The position numbers and the translations under genes were made by a program. Source: Camelus dromedarius (taxonomy: Eukaryota). Taken from it: a stretch of DNA of 64,000 bases. The notes under the pieces were generated by a model. It was not told where the DNA came from. It worked only from the letters and a program-made list of their open reading frames with translations, and made no database searches. Shown here in pieces: positions 1 through 12,400 of this stretch. How positions within the stretch are numbered: the stretch's first letter is position 1; each line of letters opens with the position of its first letter. Location: contig NC_087437.1 in NCBI RefSeq assembly GCF_036321535.1, forward strand, positions 91,638,001-91,702,000, in the 5' to 3' direction.

Positions 1-480
1 TATTCCATATCATTAATTCTCTCTTCAGATTTTTCACCCATCCATTGACTTTTATCAACAATTATATAATGGGCTTCTAGAAGTCTATTTGTTTGCTTTT
101 TCAAATCTGACTCATCACTGGAGATAGTTTATAAACTTAGATTTGTAGTTTCATTCATTAATTTTATAAATAATAATTCTACTTTCTGAAACTGACACAT
201 ACAGCATCCATCTGCTATCTTTGGAGTTTAAATTTCTTCTTCCTGCTTTCTGTGTCTCTTATTTGTAGTGTCTTGATTTCACTAAAGTTTGGCAAGTTAT
301 AGTTGGTGGATTGTTTTTTTTATACCAAATCTTTCCCTGTATTTAGGTTATTTTTCATGTGATTAAAGTGCCTTTTAATAAGACAGATAATGTATATCCT
401 TATATTTGTGATATAAGGATTGGCCATTTGACTTATTTCGTCCAGTTGCTTGTGAGTGAAGTGACAGATTGTTAGTTCTG
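1..480 (-). mobile_element. Highly decayed old L1 (L1ME-like) fragment
   Basis: T-rich strand bias and weak resemblance to antisense L1M 5'/ORF1 sequence; judged by eye only. Confidence 0.3.
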
Positions 481-3400
481 AAACTATGCCTTTAAAGAGC
501 ATTGTATGTTCCTATTTGTTTCTTAAACTTTAACATAGACATGGTAAGAACATTTCTCATATGTTGTACTGATTCCAGAGAGTGAGGGTCACACAGAACA
601 AGGATGTCCCAACTTATTATCAAAACTGATGTTCAAGGCAAAGCCATGCTGGTGAACACATGCACCCAAAATCTGAAACAGAGGTTTACCAGTTGTTCTA
701 CTTTCAAGTGCTCATTAAAACAAAACAACAACATCTATTGTTATGCTGAGTTTTGGACAGCTTTTGCTTAAATGATACTCATATTACCCAAAATCGTGTT
801 GTCTCTATTGTGACCTCAATCTTTTTTCCTAAAACAGTAGCCACCAAATGTATAATAAAGATTACCAGGTACACTTGAGGTGGTCTCTGATATGTGATAT
901 GCTTCTCATAGGCAGTGGTGGATTGAAAATATTTTTCCCCATATCTAATGTAATTCAGTAACTAAACTCATCTAATCTCTCACCTCTTTGATATTTAGGA
1001 AATACTGCTTTCTCCTGGAGATAATTTATTAATTCACAGGCTATTTTTAATACAAGAGTAAATTTGAGGGTCATTTGTCTTTTTAGCATGTAGTTTTCTT
1101 TCTCTTTAAGTTTTCTGGAGGGATTTCGTTTCATCCATCACTCCTCATCCTTTTTAGTGCTCCTTACTGCATGTTAAGCAGAAATGAGAGAGCTAGGAAA
1201 AATGTAAATAAGCATCTCCACTGAATTTTCCGTCTTCCTCGGGTGTTGCTCAGTAACACTATTTCATAAGAACTTTGTAATTTGAATAAAAATATAACTC
1301 TGAAATATTTGACAAAAAATGTTTTCAGTTGTTACAGATATATAAACACAAAGATATATAATTTTATTTTCTTCTTATTTACATACTCTTTCATAATTAT
1401 TTACTTAAAAGCTTACATGAATGAAAATTATTTACTTTATCTTAATATAAATGGTAGTTTAAGGTCTTTGTAATCTCTTGAATCCTCAGAGTTTTACGTT
1501 TGATAGCGTGTTTTTATCTGTGTACATCAACTTTAATTTCAAGATATTATTCTGATATGAGTACTCTAATTTCAGTCTGCATGTTGGGGAAGTCAATCTT
1601 TATCATAGCAGGAATCATCTCAGTTTTATCATTTATTTATATTTAATTTAGTATCATCTTCCAAGAGTCATGATTTTATTTCAACATTTACAAATGTAAC
1701 AATACTAAGTACCACAGCTAATTATTTGAAATGGATGGAACTTTATCTTTCTTATACATGATTTGAAGGCAACTCAGTGACCTAAGACAGAATTTCTTTA
1801 TGAAAAGAAAATGCCACAATAAAAAGTTTGTAGAAAGTGTTTTAGTTTTCTTCACTAAAATTAATTTTAATATTCAGAGTCCCCTGATACAATTGTAAAT
1901 AATGAGAAGAAATAATAAAAAGAAAGCTGCATTGTGTTTTACTTAACTATAACAATGGGACAATCAAATTGTAAGGGTTTCTCTGTGGTTAATGGTAAAA
2001 ATCTAAATGCCCCATTTAAAAATTAGGCATGTACAATAATCTAATGAGCTTAAGGTAACGGCAAACATACCTAGTTGTATGTAGATCCTCCTAATTACCT
2101 AGGAGGAGATTGTCTTCATCATGAACATAAACATCTAGAATCCACAAATTATAATACTGATGCCATTTAAATATACGTGTCTCTGTAACGTGCCTATGGG
2201 TTAATTTTTGCTGATGAGTTTACTACTCTGATTTCATTTCATTGCAATGAATTCCTATAGGCAAGCACCTGGAAGTAATTACCTGAAAACTTAACTATAT
2301 GCACAGGTATGGCTTAGGAGAGCAAAAATATGCTTTAGCTCATGCAAAATTCAGTAGCTTGCCTACTGTGTTACATTTCTGAGTTAAATGAAAATCATCA
2401 CACTGAACTTTTAGGATCTAACTAAAGCAAATCTATAAAAATTCAAGCTGGCTTCCTTGCCCATGTCTTAATCTTCATGGCTCTGTCTACATAAATAAGA
2501 CCAGTTTAGAAGATGAAGCATTATTTTAGAAAGGGAGACAAAGGACCTCTACTCATCTCTTGTGGAATTAAATCCTGGCAAGGCTTTATGGTTTTTTGGC
2601 CTGTACTTAAGTTCTCCAAAAAATTGATTTCCACCTTGTAGCATTTTTATAATAATTAAATAAAATTAAATACATAAACGACATAGTAGAATTCAGGCAC
2701 GTTGTAAAAATCGTCAGTAATTTTAACAAAGATCATCATGGCCATCAATCTGTTTATTATATCCATAATAAACCTTATTATTACCATCAAAGGCTAGTTA
2801 CTTCAAGATAGGTTTCTATTCATGAAAAGCATTCCCTCAATTAAACCTACATATACACTCTATTTTCCAGTTTTGCTTAGAATGCAAGAACCTTAATTCA
2901 ATAAAAAATGCTATTGAAATAATTCAGATTGTAGATCATCAGGCGGTTCTTTTAAGCATTATATACCAACATTATGTTTATTTGACAAAAATTGATTTTA
3001 TGAGATAATCTTAATGTGATGAAGCCAATACCAATATTTCAACATTAGTATGGCATATTGATAAATACATGTCAATGGTTTATTCATTATTAACCACAGT
3101 TTTTGAGCTCTGATTTAGCTTACTTTGAAATCAGGTATAAAAATGGTATACATAGATATAAATATAATTTATTAAAATTATAATAAAAGATGCCTGCAAT
3201 TTCAGTTAATATTTTAACTGTATAAATTTCTTGCTATTCTTGAGCCTTTACTGTGATTCTATTGTTTATTAATCCTATTTACTCATCAATAAAAATATAA
3301 TATTAAATCTATTTTTTACTTTTGGGAAAATCTGTATTTTATTTTTCCTTATTACTTTTCTCCTTAGTTTTATGTTCCCACGATTCTTCAATCTCAGACA

Positions 3401-3699
3401 ACAAAAATATCTGCCTACTAAATGAAACAAAAATAAGTAGTTTATCAAGAGGACATTGAATAACAAAGAGACTGAATAAAGTTCTGGTATATCTCATCTC
3501 AGGAAAAGTCTGAAGTAAGCCATGACCATTGATCTCAGCCAATAATATGTGTGGAAAGTCTTGTTAGTGCTCTGCCATTAGACAACCCAGTTTTAGTTGC
3601 CTTCTGTTTCTGAAGTCTCAACTCACGGTTAAATTTTTCAGGAAAGAGAATGTAATTGTACTCTCTTGTATCACATTCTACTTCCCATGGTCAGTGAAT

Positions 3700-4293
3700 T
3701 AAAGATATTCAGATAAGATTTGGGACTCAAAGTTGATGCTGGGATGCGTAAGACCTTTGTTGATGTTGGGATGAGGGAAATGCACTTTGGACATGGGAAG
3801 AACATAGGGGCAGAGGGAAGATTCCAACCAGTTAAATTGTGTCCTCCCAGGATTATATGTTGATGTCCTGCCCCACCCCCCACCCCACCCCAGTTCCTTT
3901 GACTGTGACCTTCTTTAGAAATAGTGTCATTTTGTGTTTAGTTATTTAGGATAGGATCATACTGGAGTAGAGTGAGCTCCTAATCCAATATAACTAATGT
4001 CGTTATACAAAGCAGAAATTTGGATGAAGACGTGCACCCAGGGAGAATGTCATGTGAAAATGAAAGTAGAGATGGGGATGATGCTTTTGTATAACAAAGA
4101 ACAGCAAAGATTGACAAAAAATAAGATAAGCTACATGAAAAGCATGGAAAAGTTTCTCTCTCAATGCCCTCAGAATTAGCCAACACCTTCATGTGGCACC
4201 TCTAACCTCCAGAACTCTGAGACGACAGACTTCTCTTGTATAAGCCACCCAGTTTGCAGTAGTTTTGTTACAGAAGTCATAGCATCTACTACA
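3700..4293 (+). mobile_element. MaLR element: 3' end of internal region (~3700-3822) plus MLT1B/C-like LTR (~3823-4293)
   Basis: Internal-region tail 'gttgatgctgggatgcgtaagacc' and a purine-rich PPT-like run precede the LTR start 'aattgtgtcctcccaggattatatgttga'. Typical MLT1 end 'cctccagaactctgaga...taagccacccagtttgcagtagttttgttacag...actaca'. Confidence 0.85.
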
Positions 4294-4339
4294 GGTATGG
4301 CTTTGCCTGTTAGAAAATAATTCTATTAGCAATTCAGAA

Positions 4340-7300
4340 AATCTCATCCTTGAGTATGATGTTAGCTGTGTTTTTTTTTTTTTTTCCAATTATACCTTTG
4401 TTATGTTCTGGAAGATCCATTCCATTTTTAGTTTACTGAGTATTTTTATCCTGAAAATGAATTTTGTCAAATTTTTTGTGCATCAACTGTAAGGTTCCCT
4501 TTTGTTATTTTCTATTAATATGGTGCATTATATTGATTGATTTCTTATGTTGAACTGCTATTGTATTTCTGTAATAAATTTCACCTTATAATGGTGGAAT
4601 ATCCTTTTAATATACTGTTGGACTCAATATGATGAATTTGGTAGATTTTTACATCTATATTCATTAAGAAAATTGGTCTGAAATTTCTTTCTTGTGTTGT
4701 TTTTCCTCACAGAATGTGTTAGGATGTGTTTTCTCCTCTTCAATCTTTTTGGAAGAGTTTGAGATCTATTGGGATTAGCTAATCATTAACTTTTGAAAGG
4801 ATTCACATTGAGGACATCTGATACTGGACTATTCTTTGTTGAGAGTTTTTTGTTTACTAGTCCATTCTCTTTGTTGTTCTTCTGTTGAGACATTATATTT
4901 CTTCTTGAGTTGCTTTAGGTAACTTGTGTTTCAAAGGATTTGTACATTGCTCATAGACTAATTTGCTAGTGTACAATTGTTCATTGTATTCTATTATAAA
5001 GTTTTTACTTCTGTAAGATCAGTAGTAATGTCCCCATTTTTATTTCAGATTTTAGTTATGACTTCTTTTTTCTTTGTCAGTATGTTAATTACAAAATCTT
5101 TTTCAATAACCAACTTTTGGTTTTATTAAATCTCTCCATTGTTTCTCTAATCTTTATTTCATTTACCTCTGCTCATATTTTTATTATTTCCATCCTACTG
5201 CTAGCTTTGGGTTTAGTCTGCTCTTTTTTCCCCTTATTTCTTCTAAGTATAAAGCTAGGTTATTGATTTGAGACCCTTCTTCTTTTTTTAATGAAGGTGT
5301 TTCCCACTATAAGCATTTCTCTGAGCACTGATTCTACTCCATTCCATAAGTTTTGGTATGGTGTGTTTTTGTTTTCACCTGTCTAGAAGTATTTTCTAAT
5401 TTTTGTTGTAATCATTATTTGGCTTTTTGATTAAGAGTTTGTGGCTTAATTTCCATTTATTTGTGAATTTTAGCATTTTCCTTCCATTGTTCATTTGTAA
5501 GTCCATTCCATTGTAGTAGGAGAAGATACTTTGTATAATTGCAATCTTTTTAACTTTAATGAGACATGATTTATCCTGGATAATGCTTCATATGCACCTG
5601 AGAAGAATGGATGGAATGTTCTATATATGTTTATTAGATCTAGTTGGTTTAGAGAGTTATTCAGTCCTCTATTTTTATTGATATTCTGTGTGGATCTTCT
5701 ATCCATTATTGAAAGTGTTGAATTGAAGTTTCCAACTGTTAATGTAGAACTGTTTTTTTTCTCTCTTTACCTTTTTGTAAATGTTTGCTTCATATATTTT
5801 GAGACTCTTGTCTGCTACATAAATGTTTATAATTGTTTTTTCCTATTCTTGAATTGAATCTTTTTTCTCCTATTCTTGAATTGAGTCTTTAATCATATGT
5901 AATGTCCTTCTTTATTTCTTTTAACAGCTTTTGACATACAGTCTCTTGTGTCTGATATTATTACAGCTATCAGCTTTCTTTTGGTTACTATTTGCATGGA
6001 GTATCTTTTTCCATCTTTCACCTTCATCCTACTTGTGTCTTTGAATCTACAGTGAATCCTATGTAGATAGCATATAGTTGAATCATGTTATTTTTATGCT
6101 TTCTTCCAATTTCAACCTTTTGATTGGAGATTTCAATCCTTTTACATTAAAAGGAATAACTAACAAAATTTTTATATTTTTGTGTGTGTGTGTTTATAAT
6201 GCCTCTTTTGTTACTAATTTCCTCCATTAATGTCTTTTTTCTGTCTGTGTTTAGTTGCTTCTGGGTTTTTTTTTTTTTTAAGTGAAACTTTTTGATTCTC
6301 TTTTGTTTCCTTTTGTATATATGTCAACCTAAGTACAGAATTTTTTCCAATTCCAAGACCATATACTCTTTCTTATTAAGATTTTTATGTTTGTAAAGAA
6401 GTTTTAAATTGGCAGCAAAATTAAAGGAAAGGTGCAGAGATTTCCTATACTGCCACAACACATACATAGCCTCCCTCATTATGAACATCACCCACCAGAG
6501 TATATTTGTTACGACTGATGAACTTACACTGACACATCGTAATCATCTGAAGTCCATATATTACATTATTATTTACTATTGGTGTTGTACATTCTGTGGG
6601 TGTGAACAAATGACATGTATCCATTATTATGGTATCATGGAGAGTACTTTAACTAGCCCCAAAATACTCTGTGCTCCCCTTTTATGTGTATATTTTTAAA
6701 ATATTTTCTTAAGGTTTCTGTGGAGTTTACATTTAACATCCTAAATTTACAACTATCTAATTTGATTTGATACCCAGTTACTTTTAATAAAATATAAAAA
6801 CTGCTTTTAAACAGATATTCCCCCTACTTATGTCATTATTGTCATGAATTACATCTTTTACACTGTGTTCCATAAAAGAGATTTATGAAAATATTTAGCC
6901 ATTTTTACAGCATGTAGGAAATAAAAAGTAGAGTTACAAACCAAAAATTAAAAGTTATTATTAGGTTTTGTATTCATCCAAGTAGTAACCTTTACCAGAG
7001 ATCTTCATTTCTTTTAGGGCATGTGTAGTGATAATAGCATCCTTCAGCTTTTTTTTTTTTTTTCTTTTTTAAAATATGGGAATGTCTTAATAGCACCATC
7101 ATTTGTGAAGGAGAGTTTTTACCAGATATGTAATTTTCTGTTGGCTGTTTATTTTTCTTTCGACATTTAAATATGCCATCCCACTGCCTTCTAGCATCTG
7201 TGGTTTCTTACAAGAAATTGGGTGTTAATGTTATAGAGGATCTTTTGTATATAATGAGACACTTCTCTCTTGCTGCTTTAAAGATTCTCTCTTTGTCTCT

Positions 7301-8905
7301 TCCTTTCAACAGTTTGATTATAATATGTTTCAGTGTGGATTCCTTTGATTAACCTTTCGGTTTATTGAAATTCTTGGAGTATAGATTCATATTTTACAGC
7401 AAATTTGGGAAGTTTGGGGCCTTTAGTCTTCAAATATGCTTTTTGGCCTTTTCTCTCTCTTCTCTTTCTGGGACTCCCATGATGCATAAATTGGTTTGCT
7501 TGATGTCTTGCAGCACCTGAGGCTATGATCATATCTATTCATTGTTTTTTTCTTCTCAGAGAAATGTCAAGTGTTCTATCTTCCAGTTTTCTGATTCTGC
7601 CTTCTGTTTGATCAAATCTGATGTTGAACCTCTCTAGTGAATCCTTTATTTCAGTTAATACACTCTTTAACTCCAGAATTTCTATTTGTTTTCTTTTTAT
7701 AATCTATTTCTCATTTTTAATATTTTCTATTGTTTATGCATTGTACTCCTGGTTTCCTTTAGCTCTTTCCCCATGATTTATATTAATGCTTTGAGCATAT
7801 GTGAAACAGCTGATCTAAAGTCTTTTCTAGTAAGTGTATTTTCTGGGCTTCCTCAGAATAATTTTTATATAATTTATTTTTCCTGTGAGTGGAACATGTA
7901 TTCTTGTTTATTAATATACTATTTGATATTTTGTTGAAAACTAGTCACTATTATAGTGGGTATCTATGGAAGTCAGATTTTCCCCTTCCCAGCTTTGCTA
8001 TTTTTTAAATTTGGTTGTTGAAGGCTAGAGTTGTCCATTTATTTAGTGGCTTCTCTATTTTATCAGAGATTATATTTCTTATTGAATGGGCTCACTTGAA
8101 GTGTCTGTTCCTTAGCTTGTGTTCAGTTAGTGTTTTGACAGAGATTTCCTTGAACACCAGGGGCTAAACAAACAAACAAACTTTTCTCAGTCTTTGCAGA
8201 TTGAATCTGCACTGGAAGCCTCCTTCAGCATTTAACCAGACTTGCCTTGAGCCTAGGGATCAGCCTAAGGTAAAAAACTTAGGGTCTTCTCAGGATTTTT
8301 CTGACCTTGTGTGTTGCTCTGAGAAAGTGTGTGGATTTCAACATTCTTCTGTAGACATGGGTTCTTTTGAATGCCCTAAATTCCCAAACAAACTCTGTCT
8401 AGCTTTTCCTTCCAGGTCATAGATTATCTATTGTATGTCTCAACTGTGATCTGTTAACCCCAGGTTTCTTCATGTTATTCATATGCCTTGTGTTGTATGC
8501 CTTCTGTGGACTGAGTGAGTTCTACGTTAATCAAAACAGAAATGAGCATCTTATAAGTCCTTCAGGCAGATCCTAAATAGGTTAGAACAGGCATACATAA
8601 TAATCTGGGAGTAAGGTTTACTTGTTGTCTCCAGAAGCAGGGACTAGGTTCCCATACTGGAAACATGGGTTGCCATCTTCCAGACTTCCAATAAGCCAAG
8701 GAAATGGGTGGGAATAGGGCATACAATGTGCTGCAAAGCTTTCTTATGATATTTAAGATGCCTTTTTCTTGATGAGCTATAATCTTTCCCATAAATCTTT
8801 GATTGTTTTCCAAATTTCTGATAAAATTGGTTTCAATAGTTTACACTAGTTTTTCAGTGTTTTTATGGAGGAAGATAAACTTGTTGCAGCATGGATGTTA
8901 CTCCT
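4340..8905 (-). mobile_element. Old LINE-1 (L1M), 5'UTR-ORF1-first half of ORF2; 3' half missing
   Basis: Antisense L1 hallmarks ('tatgatgttagctgtg', 'tttgcatggagtatctttttccatc', 'cccactgccttctagc'). ORF 5491-5706 (LNQLDLINIYRTFHP) is an L1 endonuclease-domain remnant. Reverse complement at ~8905 reads 'ggagtaacatccatg', like an L1 5' start. Confidence 0.85.
6375..6680 (-). mobile_element. L1MC1/2-like 3'-end fragment nested inside the older L1
   Basis: 'cagcaaaattaaaggaaaggtgcagagatttcc...atcacccaccagagt...ggtgttgtacattct...ctctgtgctcc' matches the recalled L1MC 3' terminus; host L1 resumes after ~6690. Confidence 0.8.
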
Positions 8906-11900
8906 AGCTATAGTCATTTTTGAAGGTCATTGCCTGTTTGAAAGTAAAAATTGGTAGCTTTAAAATTTTTCTTATACTGTATTTAAGTTTTTTTGTATCT
9001 TCTTCTTAACTTGATTAGTGCTTATTTCCTAAATATTGTGCTCCATCATCTCATAGTTTAAGCTGTATTAAACAATCCACATTTTCTTGAACTTATTGGT
9101 GCAAATATTGTCAAAAACATACTTCAAAAATTGAGAAAATTTGTTATTATACTTTTTCTCTAAATTATGAATAGAAATTTAATGTGATATTTGAGCTTAA
9201 AACTTTATGTAAGCTTAGATTGTAGTGGATTTAAAGGAGCTCCATTAATAAGCAAATATATATTGTGGTTCTTTTATATCTTAGGTTTTGTGATACATGC
9301 TGCTTATTATTAAATCAACTATCACAACAATAACATAATATTTTCTATTATTTTAATTTTGTATATTAAAACTATAAGAAACTTTGAGTATTTGGATGGT
9401 CATGCTCAGCAACAGTGTGACCATGCTGGAACACAACCCAAGCCTATATTTCAAAATCAAATCTGATTAAACAAGAAGCTGTACTGACTCTCAATATTTT
9501 TGTTTCTATTTCTTTACTTATCTTTGAATGAATATTGGTTTATTCATTTGTGACATTTGCTCAAAAATCCTATGCATATATATTTCTTGTCTTCCAATAT
9601 AGTACTTAAATCCTTTTTTCTGGAACATAAATTGGATGGCTGGTTCATGTAAGTTTATATTAACAATTTAGTGATCTGTACGCCTAAGGGAAAAAAATAG
9701 TCATAGACAAACCCAGTTTTTTGTGGAGTTTCTGTAGATTTCAGAAAGTCAACATACTCAAAGCTAAATTTCTGTATTCAGTATTATGTTTGACTCTCAG
9801 TCCAGTACTTCTTAGATCTGTGTCAATTTTCCTTTCCATCCATAGCTGCCATTAATTGATTCATGACTGAGTCCTCTCCTAAAAGCAGAAGTTCTACAGA
9901 TTTCACTTCTATGGTGGATGTACTGGTCCCTACTGGTGCTTCTTGAATCACTTCAGGAATGCACTGCCACATGGAATGTTCAGTTGCGTGGTCACCCTTG
10001 ATTCTAGAGTTTGCTCTTTGGTTCTGCTACTTGTATCATTGCAACACTGAGTTACTTACTTTGGAGGGAGAATTGCTGTGGACCTTCCACATTATATCTA
10101 GCAACAAAGTTTTAAAATATCCCTATTGTGATAGACATATTTCCCTAATTTCTATCAGGGATGCATGTCTCCACATTTTTATATTACTTTGGTGTTTTCA
10201 GCAAAGTTCTATTGGAAGATGGTGGTCAAATTTGTCTTATAACCCATAATTCTACATTTCAATTAAATTAAATAACTTAGTAGAATGAACTATTTGCATA
10301 GATGTGGCTGGTGTTTCCCCATATTTCAGAGTTAAACACAGCCCCAGCTACTTTATGTATATACTTTCTAAGAAATTTTATCTATCTATAGACTTTAATA
10401 AGCTATGAATATTCAGTTCCTTTCCAATATATTTCTTGTGATATTTATCTGTTCACCATTATAAATTAAACTGATATTCTCTAGATTGTTAATTTCTTTC
10501 AGACATGATGCAGATGTGAGAAGAGCATCTCTTTTCAAAGGTTTCACAGATTAATAGAAAAACATACAAATATATATGTATAAAACATACATGTATGATG
10601 CAAAGTAAGATATACCTTTAATAAAATGGTCACAATTCTGTCAATGATGATCAAAAAAGTTAAATTTCCCTTTATAATTAGTGTTCCTCATTGTCTGAGA
10701 CAAATTTTGCAGATACAGATTGTAAAGTTTAATTTTTTTCAGAAAGTGTATCAGCAACCATTGAGAAAATCAGTGGCCTTTGTGGTAGACAATTCATTTT
10801 AATCAAACTAACTCTCTGAACTTTACTTGATTCATTCATCCAATACAGTTAGCCAATATGGTTATTTGACCCTGGCTGAGCTGACTGGAGGTTTTGAACC
10901 ATTCAGTCCCAGTTAAAATCAGCCTGCTTTATAGTATGTTGGACTTTTGTGACATAGAGATATGCATCATTTTAAGAATAAAATCTTTTAAATTAAAATT
11001 CTTAAGGTAAAACCTGTAATAATAATAAATAGTATGATAAAATAATTTTTAAATAATTTATAATGGTAAATGGAATTTGACTTTAATAAGAAGTTTTAAA
11101 GTATCTAGAGTGAAAATTATTTATTGCATTTGAGGAGGAAAAAAAACCTAAGCATTAGTTTTATTGTAAAATTAAGAATATTTTATGTGATGTACTTCTG
11201 TTTGAATAATTTAATCCTTTAAAATACATTCTTAGTAATACATGTAGTTTAGCCATTGTGAGTGGACCTATTAGGGATTTTTCATTTAGATAAATGCTGT
11301 GGTCAGATTAAGGTTAATTTTTAATGTTTTTCTTTGGTGCTCCCTCAAATGAAGGTTCTAGGTTTCTAATTGCAGTGTATGAAGGTTAGAAAATATATAG
11401 AAATAAATTTTTGTATTCAGTAGTAATAAGCATGAGTACACTTTCAAATGCATGATCATATAACACCTAAAGATCATGGTGAGTTTATATATGACTGATA
11501 CTAAATTACATTATTAGAACCTTTATTTTAACCAATAGCTATTTTCATGAAATAATTCAGGATTTTTTTTTAAGAATATCACCAGAAAACAGTATAAAAC
11601 TCCAATGATTACATGACTTTATGTGAATAATTGAATCTCTAAGAAAAATGTATATGTACATACATATTCATATATATCCTATAATTGTACCATAAAGCAA
11701 CCCTATTTCAAATATACATGTATATATGATTCATTCACTCATATATTATTCATTCAGTCACATATATATTGTGATTTAAAATTTGGAAAATTTAAGAAAT
11801 AACAGTAATAACTAATCAGCGTTGAAAAACAAAATGGTATCTTTCTTTAACCATTTAGCTCTAAATTAACATCTGTCCCAATTATATATTTTAACTTACA

Positions 11901-12099
11901 CATTTTACTTGTTATTGATATGGCATCCTTTAGCTCATATATTACTTTAAAATCATTAATTTTATTATATACACTTAAGATGGGATATATCCTAATATCA
12001 AAATATATTTGAACTTAAGATTTAATCATGTTAGTTGGGAAAAACCTACAATTTAATATTTAAAATAAATCCATGTATAAGTTGTTATAAATTTTTTGT

Positions 12100-12400
12100 A
12101 AACTTATCATAATGTTTGGCACATCATAGGAATCCAGTATACACTTTTTGGATGCATGAATATGTACATTATAGATGAATGTATTTATTTACAAAGAATA
12201 AATAGGATGGTTAAACTGCTATTATTGGCCATGTTTCACATTGTCCTGTTGCTTTAAGAGTTGAAATCAATTCCCTAGACCTTGAGTAGTCATATGATCT
12301 ATACTACTATCACTTGCTATTTCTAGCCTCAATCTGTTTCTCCTCTGTGGCAAAATGATTTAAATTACCTTTTAAACTCATTGTAGGAAAGCTTTTCTCC
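12100..12400 (+). mobile_element. L2 3' end followed by a decayed MIR
   Basis: 'tttggcacatcataggaatcc...tggatgcatgaat' (L2 tail); 'agcctcaatctgtttctcctctgtggcaaaatg' (MIR core-like). Confidence 0.4.

Noticed and set aside
2086..2107. Hairpin TCCTCCTA-N6-TAGGAGGA
   Set aside because: An 8-bp stem is expected by chance in 64 kb; no RNA-gene context
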